A stretch of 64,000 nucleotides of DNA, from assembly GCA_016201505.1 (NCBI GenBank), contig JACQCQ010000009.1, positions 65,991-129,990 on the forward strand, written 5' to 3'. Source of the stretch: Candidatus Sungiibacteriota bacterium (GTDB lineage: Bacteria; Patescibacteriota; Minisyncoccia; Sungbacterales; JACQCQ01). The stretch's first letter is position 1; each line of letters starts with the position of its first letter. This document shows, one piece after another, positions 10,719-19,883 of the stretch. Both the position numbers and the translations under genes were made by a program. The notes under the pieces are model-generated. The model saw only the letters and a list, made by a program, of their open reading frames with translations. It was not told the DNA's origin and did not search any database.

Positions 10719-11354
10719 ATGACACAAGAAGCATTGACGACAGAGCTGCTTTCCATGCGAAAGCGAGCGGAACGAACGGCGCAGGGCATCGACCAGATCT
10801 CCCACAACCTTTCTGCCGAGCGGCAATCGCTCCGGCAGGTGGTCAAGGAGTACGGCACGAAGCGAGTCGAACTTCTGAAGCAGACGCTTCAAGCGCGCGG
10901 GATGACCTGGTGCACCTACTGCTCCAAAGCAGTTCCCGTGAACGAAGTCGAACTTCTGCTCGTCGAAGGAGTGGAGGAACGCTCTGGCGGCTACGAGAAC
11001 TCCTGCTGGGGCTGTGAACAGTTCTCTAAGTTGCACCGAGCGTGCCCTTATTGCCGCGAGCGAGCACAGGATCGACATGGGACCCAAGGCCGCTACGACA
11101 GCTTCAACAAGCTTCAGGCGTGCTTCTATGCTTTCCATGTGGAGAAGCGTGAGGACGGCCACTACGCTCGCAAGTTCGGCAACTGGGTCAAGCTCGACGA
11201 CGAGAACTGCAACCTCAATGAGCCGTCGAGTCAGCTGATCGAGAAACTTGCGGAAGAATGGAATCTTCCGCCACGAATCGAAGTCGAGTCGAAGTGGCCG
11301 AGTTCGGAAGAGAAACTCATCGTTCACGAGCGGGCACTGGCCGAAGCGAGTTGA
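10719..11354 (+). CDS. Hypothetical Cys-rich protein (CxxC pairs) in a GC-rich segment directly 3' of tRNA-Arg
   Basis: aaaggagag RBS 8 nt upstream of the ATG. Codon composition is visibly more GC-rich than flanking DNA. A terminator follows. Confidence 0.6.
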   Translation: MTQEALTTELLSMRKRAERTAQGIDQISHNLSAERQSLRQVVKEYGTKRVELLKQTLQARGMTWCTYCSKAVPVNEVELLLVEGVEERSGGYENSCWGCEQFSKLHRACPYCRERAQDRHGTQGRYDSFNKLQACFYAFHVEKREDGHYARKFGNWVKLDDENCNLNEPSSQLIEKLAEEWNLPPRIEVESKWPSSEEKLIVHERALAEAS

Positions 11355-11372
11355 CCATGTGTCCGCAATCGA

Positions 11373-11414
11373 GAGGGTGTCCTGCCAAATGCCGGGCACC
11401 CTCATTTCTTTTTT
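11373..11414 (+). terminator. Rho-independent terminator after the GC-rich gene
   Basis: gagggtg...caccctc stem followed by atttcttttttg. Confidence 0.6.
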
Positions 11415-11696
11415 GATTTTTAATCGAATTAAATTCATAATTAAATTGCCGCCAAAGAAAAACTTGAAATTGTCATCGGTGCGGCTCACTTCGACTTCGC
11501 TCAGTACGAGCCGCCGCCTTTCCGTCCGCCAGCTGGCGGATTCGCGGGGGGATTTCCTCGCCCCGCCGTGGCGGGGCGAAAACGGTTCGCACTATTTCAA
11601 GAATACTGGACTGTATCAACACCCAATGGAGTGAGGGGGGGCGGTGCTCTGGCGAAGCTGCTACGAATAAGAGGCTCTTTTTGGCATAATAGAAAT

Positions 11697-13511
11697 GTGC
11701 CCTTTCGATTTTGTTTAAAAAATGGAGCGAGAGTTTCTGGCTTTAGTCTGATAGAAGTCGTCGTTGGCGTGGGTGTATTTTTAATTATCAGTGTCGGTGT
11801 CTACTCGGTCTATAAGGGAATTTTAAACGCGAATCGCCTGACGCGCGCACGTATCGAGGCGATTTCTCTCGCCAATGAAGAAATTGAACTGGCGCGAAAT
11901 TTGCCCTACGCCGAAGTGGGCACCATCGGCGGCATTCCCTCGGGTGTCATTTCGCAGTCCCAATCGACAACGCGCGACGGCATACCCTTTACCATCACCA
12001 CAACCATTCGCAGCATCGATGATCCGTTTGACGGAACCATCGGCGGAAATCCAAACGACACTGCGCCTGCTGACTACAAGTTAGTTGAGATTGCGATCGC
12101 GTGCACTGCGTGCAGTTCTTCATTCCAGCCGGTAATATTCACTACAACAGTTGCGCCCAAAAATTTGGAAGGGGCATCCACGAATGGCGCCTTATTCATT
12201 CGCGCCTTTGATGCGGCAGGCCTCGCGATTCCCGAGGCCAATGTCCATATTCAAAATAATCTCATAACTCCGAATATTTCGATTGACGATACGACCAACA
12301 ATCAAGGGCTTCTGCAGTTAATTGACGTGCCGCCCTCAATCAATGGCTATCAAATTACCGTTACAAAAAGCGGCTATTCAACCGATAAGACCTACCCGCC
12401 GGGCGGGAACGGGACGACCACTGCGGTCCTGCCGCATGCGACCGTTGCCCAGCAGACTGTGACGCAAACCAGCTTTGCCGTTGACCGTGTTGGTTCGCTC
12501 GATGCAGCGACAGTCAATAATGTTTGCAACGGCATTGCAGATATCAGTTATGTGGTCAGCGGCTCAAAATTAGTTGGCACCAATCCCAACGTTTTAAAAT
12601 ATCGGACGGCGCTGGCGACTGATTCAAACGGCAATCAGCATGTCGCAAACTTAGAGTGGGATTCATATAACGCCGCGATCGCCGCGTCGGGCTATACGCT
12701 GGCCGGCTCAATTCCGATTTTGCCTCTCAATCTGTCGCCGAATACGAATCAGAGCTTAACGTTCGTGTTGGCGGCCAAGCCAGCCGAGAGTATTCTCGTC
12801 ACGGTACGCGATGCGGCCACACTGCTCCCCCTAACCGGTGCCGAAGTCAATCTTTCCGGCGGAAGCTACAACCAGACACAAACCACCGGCCAGGGTTTTT
12901 TTAATCAGACTGATTGGTCGGGCGGGCCAGGCCAGACTCTATTTGCCGATCCCAGCGCCTACTTTTTTGATGATGGCAACATAGACGCTAATTCTCCAGC
13001 CGGGGATGTAATCTTAAAACAGGTGTTTGGCCAATATGTTGCTTCCGGTTATCTTGAGTCTTCGACCATTGATTTCGGGACCAGTATTAATTACGGGACG
13101 ATCGCCTGGGCGCCCGCATCCGAACCCCCCCAAACCGGACCGAGCAGCGTCCGATTTCAAATCGCGACTTCAAACGATGCGGCCACGACGACCTGGAATT
13201 TTCTCGGCCCGGACGGTACCGCCGGAACCTACTACGTCGCTTCGGGGACGAATATTAACGCCATTCATAATTTGAATCGGTATTTGAGATATCGCATGTA
13301 TTTGCAAACTGCCAACGCGAGCTACACGCCTGATGTGGCGGACGTAAGCATTACCTTCAACACCGGCTGCATACCCCCCGGTCAGGTGTTTTTTTCCGGT
13401 ATGAATTCGGGCAGCTATACGCTGCAAGTTTCAAAATCCGGCTACAGCACGTCAACAACGCCCGTTAGCATTTCCGGAAACGCGACGCAGATAATCGATT
13501 TAGGCCCATAG
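11697..13511 (+). CDS. Large type IV pilin-like protein (prepilin N-terminus plus an approximately 570-aa Thr/Ser/Asn-rich domain)
   Basis: Class III signal ...ARVSG/FSLIEVVVGVGVFLI. No in-frame ATG precedes it. The best in-frame start is GTG 11697, giving leader MPFRFCLKNGARVSG. Confidence 0.7.
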   Translation: MPFRFCLKNGARVSGFSLIEVVVGVGVFLIISVGVYSVYKGILNANRLTRARIEAISLANEEIELARNLPYAEVGTIGGIPSGVISQSQSTTRDGIPFTITTTIRSIDDPFDGTIGGNPNDTAPADYKLVEIAIACTACSSSFQPVIFTTTVAPKNLEGASTNGALFIRAFDAAGLAIPEANVHIQNNLITPNISIDDTTNNQGLLQLIDVPPSINGYQITVTKSGYSTDKTYPPGGNGTTTAVLPHATVAQQTVTQTSFAVDRVGSLDAATVNNVCNGIADISYVVSGSKLVGTNPNVLKYRTALATDSNGNQHVANLEWDSYNAAIAASGYTLAGSIPILPLNLSPNTNQSLTFVLAAKPAESILVTVRDAATLLPLTGAEVNLSGGSYNQTQTTGQGFFNQTDWSGGPGQTLFADPSAYFFDDGNIDANSPAGDVILKQVFGQYVASGYLESSTIDFGTSINYGTIAWAPASEPPQTGPSSVRFQIATSNDAATTTWNFLGPDGTAGTYYVASGTNINAIHNLNRYLRYRMYLQTANASYTPDVADVSITFNTGCIPPGQVFFSGMNSGSYTLQVSKSGYSTSTTPVSISGNATQIIDLGP

Positions 13512-13512
13512 C

Positions 13513-14139
13513 ATGAGAGCGTCTGCGAAAAAAACTGATGCAGCACTGCGCGGCGGGTATACGCTGGTTGAGTTTCTCGTTGCCATTGGGCTTTTGGTGC
13601 TCATCGGCATGATTGTCTATCAGTTTACCTACAGTGTCATCACCTACAGCCGAATCTTAACTTCCCAGTTAATCGCCCAGAATGAAGTGCGCAAGACGGT
13701 AGACGTGATGGTTGAAGAATTGCGCACCATGGCGACATCCGATTCGGGCGCCTACCCCATTGAGGCGGCGGCGACCAGTTCGCTTACCTTTTACTCCAGC
13801 ATTGATAATACTCCGTCAAAAGAGCGTGTCCGGTATTTCTTGCAAGGCTCGACCTTGGAAAAAGGCGTGATCCAGGCGACCGGAACTCCGCCGACGTACC
13901 CGGCGGCCAGTGAAGTCGTAACGCCGCTCGTCAATTTGATTGTGAACGGCACGACTTCGATTTTTTCATACTACGATGGGAGTTATGGCGGGACCTCCTC
14001 GCCGCTTACACTGCCTGTCATCATCTCGAGTGTCCGTTATATCAAGCTTTCTGTTATTGTGGATGATAACAATCGCTCGCCAAATCCCATTATGGTGACC
14101 TCATCCGTGACCCTGCGTAATCTAAAGGATAATTTTTAA
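13513..14139 (+). CDS. Type IV pilin / pseudopilin
   Basis: MRASAKKTDAALRGG/YTLVEFLVAIGLLVL prepilin motif with Glu5. Starts 2 nt after the previous stop. Confidence 0.75.
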   Translation: MRASAKKTDAALRGGYTLVEFLVAIGLLVLIGMIVYQFTYSVITYSRILTSQLIAQNEVRKTVDVMVEELRTMATSDSGAYPIEAAATSSLTFYSSIDNTPSKERVRYFLQGSTLEKGVIQATGTPPTYPAASEVVTPLVNLIVNGTTSIFSYYDGSYGGTSSPLTLPVIISSVRYIKLSVIVDDNNRSPNPIMVTSSVTLRNLKDNF

Positions 14140-14141
14140 CT

Positions 14142-15572
14142 ATGAAACGGCGATTGATTGACACGAGTAAACCTGCCAGCATGACGGTGACTGTGATTGT
14201 CTACGGCGCGGTTGCGATTTACATTATGGTCGGGCTGGTTAATTGGCTGCTGACCAACTCGCGGCTAAGTAAAGAACGCGTACATAAAGAAGAAGCCTTT
14301 GACGTGGCTGATGCCGGAGTCGAATATTACCGCTGGCATTTGGCGCACGCGGCCAATGATTACCAAGACGGAACCGGCCATGCTGGTCCGTACTACCACG
14401 ACTACAAAGATAAAGATGGAAATATTCTCGGCCAGTTTCGTTTAGATATCACCGCGCCCCCACTTGGCTCGACGCTGGTGACTATCAATTCAACGGGAAC
14501 GACGACCGCCAATCCAAACGTCAAGCGCGTCATCCAGGCTAAATATGCCATTCCGTCGCTTGCCAAGTATGCCGTGGTGGCCAATGACAACATGCGCTTT
14601 GGTGCCGGCACCGAAACCTTCGGACCGATTCAATCCAATCTCGGCATTCGTTTTGACGGCTTGGCGCATAATCTCATATCCAGCGCGCTTTCAACCTATA
14701 CCGATCCGGATAATGGTTTGAATGAATGGGCGGTTTACACGCAAGTTGCCCCGGCCGATCCCCGTCCTCCCACGGCTCTTCCCAGTCGTCCGGATGTATT
14801 CGTTGCCGGCCGGCAGCTTTCCGTGCCGGCGGTCGATTTTCCCGGCCTGACCGCCGATCTATCCGCATTAAAAACGCTTGGCCAGTCGGCCGACGGCCGG
14901 TATTTTGGACCTTCCGGCGGGCTCGGGTATCTCATGGTGCTAAAGACCAATGATACTTTCGATCTCTACAAAGTTACTTCGTTGCAAAATGCTCCCGGTG
15001 GATGCACCAATCAACTCAATCAATCGGGTTGGGGCACCTGGAGCGTCAAAAACAAAACGCTGCTGAATAATTACGCTTTTCCGGCAAACGGCGTGGTATT
15101 CCTGGAAGATCATGTCTGGATCGAGGGCCAAATTCAGACGGCCCGCCTTACGATCGCCTCCGGTAAGTTCCCCGAACAGCAGTCCACCAATACGAGCATT
15201 ACGGTAAATAACAACTTGCTCTATACGACCTATAATGGGCAAGATGTTCTGGGACTCATCGCGCAAAATAATTTTAATGTTGGTTTATTCAGTGCTTCCA
15301 CGCTTGAAATTGACGCTGCTTTGATTGCCAAAAATGGCCGAGCCGGGAGGTATTACTACGATGCTTCATGCGCTCCGAACTCGATTAAGACAAAGTTGAC
15401 GCTCGTCGGCATCATCGGAACGGCGCTGCGCTATGGGTTCGCCTACACCGATGGCACGGGATATACCACCAGGATCATTAATTATGATGCGAATCTGCTC
15501 TACGGCCCCCCGCCTTCATTTCCCTTGTCGGGGAATCAGTATCAGATTGTTTCCTGGCAGGAGGTAAAGTAG
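14142..15572 (+). CDS. Pilus-associated membrane-anchored protein (PilX/minor-pilin-like position)
   Basis: 476 aa with an N-terminal TM (TVTVIVYGAVAIYIMVGLV) but no canonical G-F-T-L-I-E motif. Coupled to the pilin gene. Confidence 0.55.
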   Translation: MKRRLIDTSKPASMTVTVIVYGAVAIYIMVGLVNWLLTNSRLSKERVHKEEAFDVADAGVEYYRWHLAHAANDYQDGTGHAGPYYHDYKDKDGNILGQFRLDITAPPLGSTLVTINSTGTTTANPNVKRVIQAKYAIPSLAKYAVVANDNMRFGAGTETFGPIQSNLGIRFDGLAHNLISSALSTYTDPDNGLNEWAVYTQVAPADPRPPTALPSRPDVFVAGRQLSVPAVDFPGLTADLSALKTLGQSADGRYFGPSGGLGYLMVLKTNDTFDLYKVTSLQNAPGGCTNQLNQSGWGTWSVKNKTLLNNYAFPANGVVFLEDHVWIEGQIQTARLTIASGKFPEQQSTNTSITVNNNLLYTTYNGQDVLGLIAQNNFNVGLFSASTLEIDAALIAKNGRAGRYYYDASCAPNSIKTKLTLVGIIGTALRYGFAYTDGTGYTTRIINYDANLLYGPPPSFPLSGNQYQIVSWQEVK

Positions 15573-15766
15573 GCAATAGCGAATAGTAAATGGCGAATAT
15601 CACGGAAAATTCTAAATTCGAATATCGAAATCCTCAACAAATCCAAAATTCTAATGCTGTATATTCAAAACACGAAACAATTTTCGTATCGTTTGTGATT
15701 TTGAGCTTGGGGCATTGTAGTTTGTTTAGAATTTAGTGCTTAGAGATTCGGATTTGAGCTGACTGT

Positions 15767-16093
15767 ATGAACTTCTATCAGAAGGTCTACCAGGTTGTGA
15801 AAAAAATCCCAAGCGGCAAAGTTGCTACCTACGGCCAAATTGGCTCGATTATTTCTTCGCCACGGTCGGCACAGATTGTCGGATTCGCTCTGCGTGCTTT
15901 GCCGGAGAATTCGGGTGTCCCTTGGCAGCGCGTCATTAACTCTGAAGGCAGGATTTCAATTCAGAATTTGCGCCACAGGCAATCCGAGCAGGCGGACTTA
16001 TTGAAAAAAGAAGGTGTCGAGGTTGAATTTCGCGACAACGCTTACTGCGTTGATCTTGCAAAATATCTACATAGATTTAAAAGATTCGGGTAA
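15767..16093 (+). CDS. Alkyltransferase-like protein (ATL; catalytically inactive MGMT/Ogt DNA-binding domain)
   Basis: The MGMT C-terminal domain has PWQRVIN where active MGMT has PCHRV, so Trp replaces the Cys, as in YbaZ/Atl1. Confidence 0.8.
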   Translation: MNFYQKVYQVVKKIPSGKVATYGQIGSIISSPRSAQIVGFALRALPENSGVPWQRVINSEGRISIQNLRHRQSEQADLLKKEGVEVEFRDNAYCVDLAKYLHRFKRFG

Positions 16094-16138
16094 ATTGAAG
16101 TAGTGACCGCTAAGGGGACGGGATAAGAAAAGAGAGCA

Positions 16139-16192
16139 AAACCCATTTACTATTACTTTACACGATCGTGTAAAGTAATAGTAAATGGGTTT
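16139..16192. promoter_or_regulatory. 54-bp perfect palindrome centred on CGATCG, overlapping the start codon of the PaaX-like gene
   Basis: aaacccatttactattactttacacgat|cgtgtaaagtaatagtaaatgggttt has 27-bp arms with no mismatch. Confidence 0.55.
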
Positions 16193-16748
16193 GCGGGCGA
16201 AAAGGGGAGAAATTGTGCGAGGAGTACTGGCGGTACTTGCCGTATCTGCGGTGGTTCTTGCGGCTGCGACGTTTCCCGGTGCAGCGATTGCCCTGCGGCC
16301 CTTTTTTAAACGAAAATCTAATAAGATGAAACAGCGATCAGTCGAAGCCGCAGTGAAGCGCTTGAAAGAAAGGCGGCTGGTTGAAATTGTAATGAAAAAT
16401 GGAACGGAAACGCTCTCGATTACCGAACGGGGGAGAGGCTATTTAAAGCGTCTGGACTTTGATTTGCGTCGACTTCCTGTTCCAAAACATTGGGATGGAC
16501 ACTGGACTGTGATATTGTTTGATATTCCCGAAACTGAGCGCAAAGGACGTGATGCCTTGCGAATAAAATTAAAACAGCTGGGGTGCTTTAAATTCCATAA
16601 AAGCGTATTTGTGCATCCCGCTGATTGTGAAGATGAGATAGATTTTGTTACTGAAATTTTTGGTATACGACGCTATGTCACGGTATTTCGCACGAAGCAA
16701 TTAGGTCACCAAGAATATAGGGCAGTACGGTACTTCGAACTTTCTTGA
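16185..16748 (+). CDS. PaaX-family-like regulator (winged helix plus Cas2-like/PaaX C-terminal domain) with a hydrophobic N-terminus
   Basis: WDGHWTVILFDIPETERKGRDALRIKLKQLGCFKFHKSVFVHP matches the PaaX W-G-W-Y-PE...SVW pattern. Upstream is the wHTH-like stretch VKRLKERRLVEIVMKNG. Confidence 0.55.
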   Translation: MGLRAKRGEIVRGVLAVLAVSAVVLAAATFPGAAIALRPFFKRKSNKMKQRSVEAAVKRLKERRLVEIVMKNGTETLSITERGRGYLKRLDFDLRRLPVPKHWDGHWTVILFDIPETERKGRDALRIKLKQLGCFKFHKSVFVHPADCEDEIDFVTEIFGIRRYVTVFRTKQLGHQEYRAVRYFELS

Positions 16749-16845
16749 TCCATTGATTTATTCACTCACTCGCGACCGGTCACCGTTGCCCAGCGGTCAT
16801 TAATAGCTATGCAAGTCATTCATAGCTATGTAATATAAAGCGCAT

Positions 16846-16883
16846 CCGCTATTACTTTACACGATCGTGTAAAGTAATAGCGG
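16846..16883. promoter_or_regulatory. 38-bp perfect palindrome, second copy of the core ctattactttacacgatcgtgtaaagtaatag
   Basis: 19-bp arms. It shares a 32-bp identical core with 16139-16192 and lies 98 bp after the PaaX-like stop. Confidence 0.55.
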
Positions 16884-16940
16884 GACGTTTGTAGTTTTCC
16901 ATACGTTATTCTCTTTTTAAATACGGCCGCAATTAAAATC

Positions 16941-16966
16941 AAAACCCGCCTTTAGAGGCGGGTTTT
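16941..16966 (-). terminator. Terminator hairpin overlapping the hisS stop codon
   Basis: aaaacccgcc-ttta-gaggcgggtttt. On the minus strand it is followed by A/T-rich sequence. Confidence 0.6.
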
Positions 16967-18292
16967 GATGTAAGCAGCTAAATCTTTTTCCTCTACCGAC
17001 TCTTGTTTCCCGCTTCGCAGATCTTTTATTTCAATCTTGCCGCTGGCGCGCTCCTTTTCGCCGTACAGCAGAATGAAAGGAATTTCTTTTTTTACCGCGT
17101 AGGCCAGTTGATTTTGAAATGCGCGGTCGTCTCCCAGATAAAGAGCCGTGTTAATGCCGTATGCGCGGGTGGCGCTGGCGAATCTGGCGTAATCGCTAGC
17201 AAATTCGTCGGCTAAATTAAAAATTAAAACTTGTACGAGCGTTTTTCGCTTTTGGATCGTGCCGATGGTTTCGAGTGCCGCGTACAGGCGATCAATGCCA
17301 AGCGAGGCGCCCACGGCCGGAGTCGAATCTTTGGAGAACCGGTTGGTGAGCCCGTCATAGCGCCCTCCAGCAAATATGGTCCCGATATTCGGCAAGTCGG
17401 TAAGCAGAATCTCAAATACCGTGCCGGTGTAGTAGCCAAGCCCCCGCACCAGTGAAGCGTCATAAATTAAATATTTTTGCGGGACCCCAAAAGCTTCGAC
17501 TTTTTGGCGGAGCTCGCGGATGCTGGTTGAATCAAGTAAATTCTCGCCGGAAATCTTCCAAAGGTACTCTTTCAATTTTTCGTCTTCAAGCCCAGAAGCT
17601 CCCGCGACTTCATCCGCCCACTCATCGGGCAGGATCTTATCTTTTTTATCAACCGCGATTAGCGTCGCCATTGTGCGATCTTCGGGAACTCCGACCTCGT
17701 CTAAAAGCTTCAGCGCTTCTTCTTTGTTGTTTAGCCGGATCATAAACTCATCGATGCCGAGTGCTTTCATCGTCTCATACATGACCTGAATAATTTCAGC
17801 GTCCGCGTCCGGTGATTTTACTCCCAGAATATCAATGTCCGCCTGGATAAATTCGCGGTAGCGTCCGGCTTGAGACCGCTCCCCCCTCCAGACTTTGGCG
17901 ATTTGATAACGCTTAAAGGGTTTGGCAATATCCGGATTTTTTGCGAGCACGCGGGCGAGCGGCACGGTTAAATCAAATCGAAGCGACTTGTCCTGAGCTT
18001 TGTCGAAGGAGGTATCAGATGAATCAGCCTCATCCCGCGAACCTTTGACGTTAAAAATTATTTTAGCTGACTCTGACTCGCCTCCGGTCAAGACTTCTGT
18101 CCGCTCGATGGCCGAAGTCTGCATGGGGTCATAGCCAAAGCGTTCATAAACGCCTTTTACAATCTCGATCATGGCTTCTTTGGCGATGGCATCTTCCGGC
18201 AGGGCGTCGCGAAAGCCGCCCGGCAATTCGGGATCGATCATTTTTTTATTTTGCGGTTTTTTCGTTTCGTCCATGACAACATTCACCCCCAC
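16952..18292 (-). CDS. hisS: Histidyl-tRNA synthetase
   Basis: Class II motifs: KRYQIAKVWRGERSQAGRYREFIQADIDILG (motif 2) and GGRYDGL (motif 3). C-terminal anticodon-binding domain. Confidence 0.95.
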   Translation of the reverse strand: MGVNVVMDETKKPQNKKMIDPELPGGFRDALPEDAIAKEAMIEIVKGVYERFGYDPMQTSAIERTEVLTGGESESAKIIFNVKGSRDEADSSDTSFDKAQDKSLRFDLTVPLARVLAKNPDIAKPFKRYQIAKVWRGERSQAGRYREFIQADIDILGVKSPDADAEIIQVMYETMKALGIDEFMIRLNNKEEALKLLDEVGVPEDRTMATLIAVDKKDKILPDEWADEVAGASGLEDEKLKEYLWKISGENLLDSTSIRELRQKVEAFGVPQKYLIYDASLVRGLGYYTGTVFEILLTDLPNIGTIFAGGRYDGLTNRFSKDSTPAVGASLGIDRLYAALETIGTIQKRKTLVQVLIFNLADEFASDYARFASATRAYGINTALYLGDDRAFQNQLAYAVKKEIPFILLYGEKERASGKIEIKDLRSGKQESVEEKDLAAYIKTRL

Positions 18293-18302
18293 GCCAAAAG
18301 GC

Positions 18303-18560
18303 TTAAAGGGAGATAGATTCTTTTATCCTTTTTTGGAGTTGTTGTAAAGCACGGGCTCTAAGCTTTAGGTTTTTCTCTCTTTGTCTTGCCTCAGACTCGC
18401 TTCGATACGCTTCGTAATAGACTGGTCTAAGAGGGCGACGAAATTTTGTTGAAGCTATTAATCCTGAATTGTGCTCACGTAATCTCCGTCTCAAGTCATT
18501 CGTAGAACCAGTATACAGCTTTAGGTCTTTTAGACTTTTCAAAATGTACACGAAGAACAT
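18303..18560 (-). CDS. GIY-YIG nuclease-domain small protein
   Basis: MFFVYILKSLKDLKLYTGSTNDLRRRLREHNSG. The ORF track extends it to 18620. Confidence 0.8.
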   Translation of the reverse strand: MFFVYILKSLKDLKLYTGSTNDLRRRLREHNSGLIASTKFRRPLRPVYYEAYRSESEARQREKNLKLRARALQQLQKRIKESISL

Positions 18561-18641
18561 GTGGACATATTTTATCATAACTAAGCCTTTTGGTGTGGGG
18601 GTAAAACTTGATATTTTCAACTAAACTGTCTTAATAAGGAC

Positions 18642-18890
18642 ATGGAAACGCCTATTGGAAAGGTCGTGCACTATTTCGGCAAGGTGGGGGCGGCAGTCGT
18701 CAAACTGACACAGCCCCTGGCAGTCGGCGATAAGATCAAAATCAAAGACGGGGAAAACTCCTGGGAGCAGGAGGTCGCCTCGATGCAGGTTGATCGGGTT
18801 GCTGTTTCATCTGCCAAGGCCGGAGACGAGGTTGCGATCAAGCTGGATAGCAAGGCGCGCGAGGGCGCGTTGCTTATCGTAGAAAAGTAG
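18642..18890 (+). CDS. Small beta-barrel protein resembling translation-factor domain 2
   Basis: 82 aa. VGDKIKIKDGENSWEQEV...GDEVAIKLD pattern. Assignment by eye only. Confidence 0.4.
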   Translation: METPIGKVVHYFGKVGAAVVKLTQPLAVGDKIKIKDGENSWEQEVASMQVDRVAVSSAKAGDEVAIKLDSKAREGALLIVEK

Positions 18891-18952
18891 TTTCCGTGAG
18901 AAGAATAGTAGATTCTCCTCATCAATCTTTAGTTGTGCGGAAAAATTAATAT

Positions 18953-19024
18953 GGCGGCCTTGGTGTAGTGGTAACACAGCAGCTTGTGGAGCTGTTTTCA
19001 CGGGTTCGATCCCCGTAGGCCGCC
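18953..19024 (+). tRNA. tRNA-His (GTG) with encoded G-1
   Basis: Extra 5' G pairing with discriminator C. Anticodon loop TTGTGGA. 4-nt variable loop. T arm ACGGG-TTCGATC-CCCGT. Confidence 0.8.
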
Positions 19025-19068
19025 CCGCAACCTGGGAAATTATGGTTGCTCGCGATTTTTAAAACCGC

Positions 19069-19710
19069 ATGGATGAATTAATCAAGGCGCTCGAGGCAAA
19101 AGGTGTTTTGGCATCGGCAGCGCTCTGCCGGGCATTTGCCAAAGTCGATCGGGCGCATTTTGTACCGCCCAGTGTCTTCCCGCTGGCCTATCACGACACG
19201 GCTCTGCCGATTGGCTGGGGCCAGACAATTTCTCAACCCTACACGGTGGCATTTATGCTCGAGCTTTTAGCCCCCCAAGCGGGCGACCATATCCTGGACG
19301 TCGGTTCGGGATCTGGCTGGCAGACGGCAATGCTCGCGGAGATGGTAGGGAGACGCGGAAAAGTCTATGCGATTGAATTGGTCAGAAACCTTTTTGAATT
19401 TGGCAAGAAAAATATAGAGCAGTACCCGCAGCTGTTTCAACGAGTTCGGTTCTACTGCCAGAACGCCGAGACGGGACTCCCACAGGTGGCGGAAGCGATT
19501 GCCGGATTTGACGCGATCATCGCTGCCGCTCGAGTAGCCGAAGTTCCCCAAGCCTGGAGAGCGCAGTTAAAAATTGGCGGAAGATTGGTCTATCCCAAGG
19601 CCAACGCAATCTACCGGGAAATCAAACGAGAACAGGGGTGGGAGGTGACGAAATATCCCGGCTTTGTATTTGTGCCTTTTAAGAGTTCCGCCAAAGCTCA
19701 CACTACTTAA
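19069..19710 (+). CDS. pcm: Protein-L-isoaspartate O-methyltransferase
   Basis: GQTISQPYTVAFMLELL...DVGSGSGWQTAMLAEMVGRRGKVYAIE are canonical PCMT motifs. Confidence 0.9.
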   Translation: MDELIKALEAKGVLASAALCRAFAKVDRAHFVPPSVFPLAYHDTALPIGWGQTISQPYTVAFMLELLAPQAGDHILDVGSGSGWQTAMLAEMVGRRGKVYAIELVRNLFEFGKKNIEQYPQLFQRVRFYCQNAETGLPQVAEAIAGFDAIIAAARVAEVPQAWRAQLKIGGRLVYPKANAIYREIKREQGWEVTKYPGFVFVPFKSSAKAHTT

Positions 19711-19735
19711 ACCAGATTCGAAAAGTTTACCACAA
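19698..19735. repeat. Direct repeat (copy 1) spanning the pcm stop codon; copy 2 at 23632-23672
   Basis: ttaaaccagattcgaaaagtttaccacaa is identical over 29 bp, with weaker similarity 8 bp further upstream. Confidence 0.6.
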
Positions 19736-19883
19736 GTAACTTGAACGAAGGCGGCTTGCCTTGAATTTATTGAAGAGTTTTCTTCCTTCTCCGTCGGCTG
19801 ACGGATTCGGACGGACAAGCAATGACCGCTAGTTGTTGGCATAAACGATAGTGAGTAGCGGAGTAGGGTAAGTTTTTGATAAA

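Noticed and set aside
10668-11489. 273-aa minus-strand ORF antisense to the GC-rich gene after tRNA-Arg
   Set aside because: Long antisense ORFs are expected in GC-rich DNA. The plus-strand gene has a clear RBS (aaaggagag), a terminator, and Cys-motif protein-like sequence.
16139-16885. The twin palindromes as simple rho-independent terminators
   Set aside because: The stems are AT-rich and 19-27 bp long with no U-tract, and the first overlaps a start codon. A true terminator for hisS exists separately at 16941-16966.
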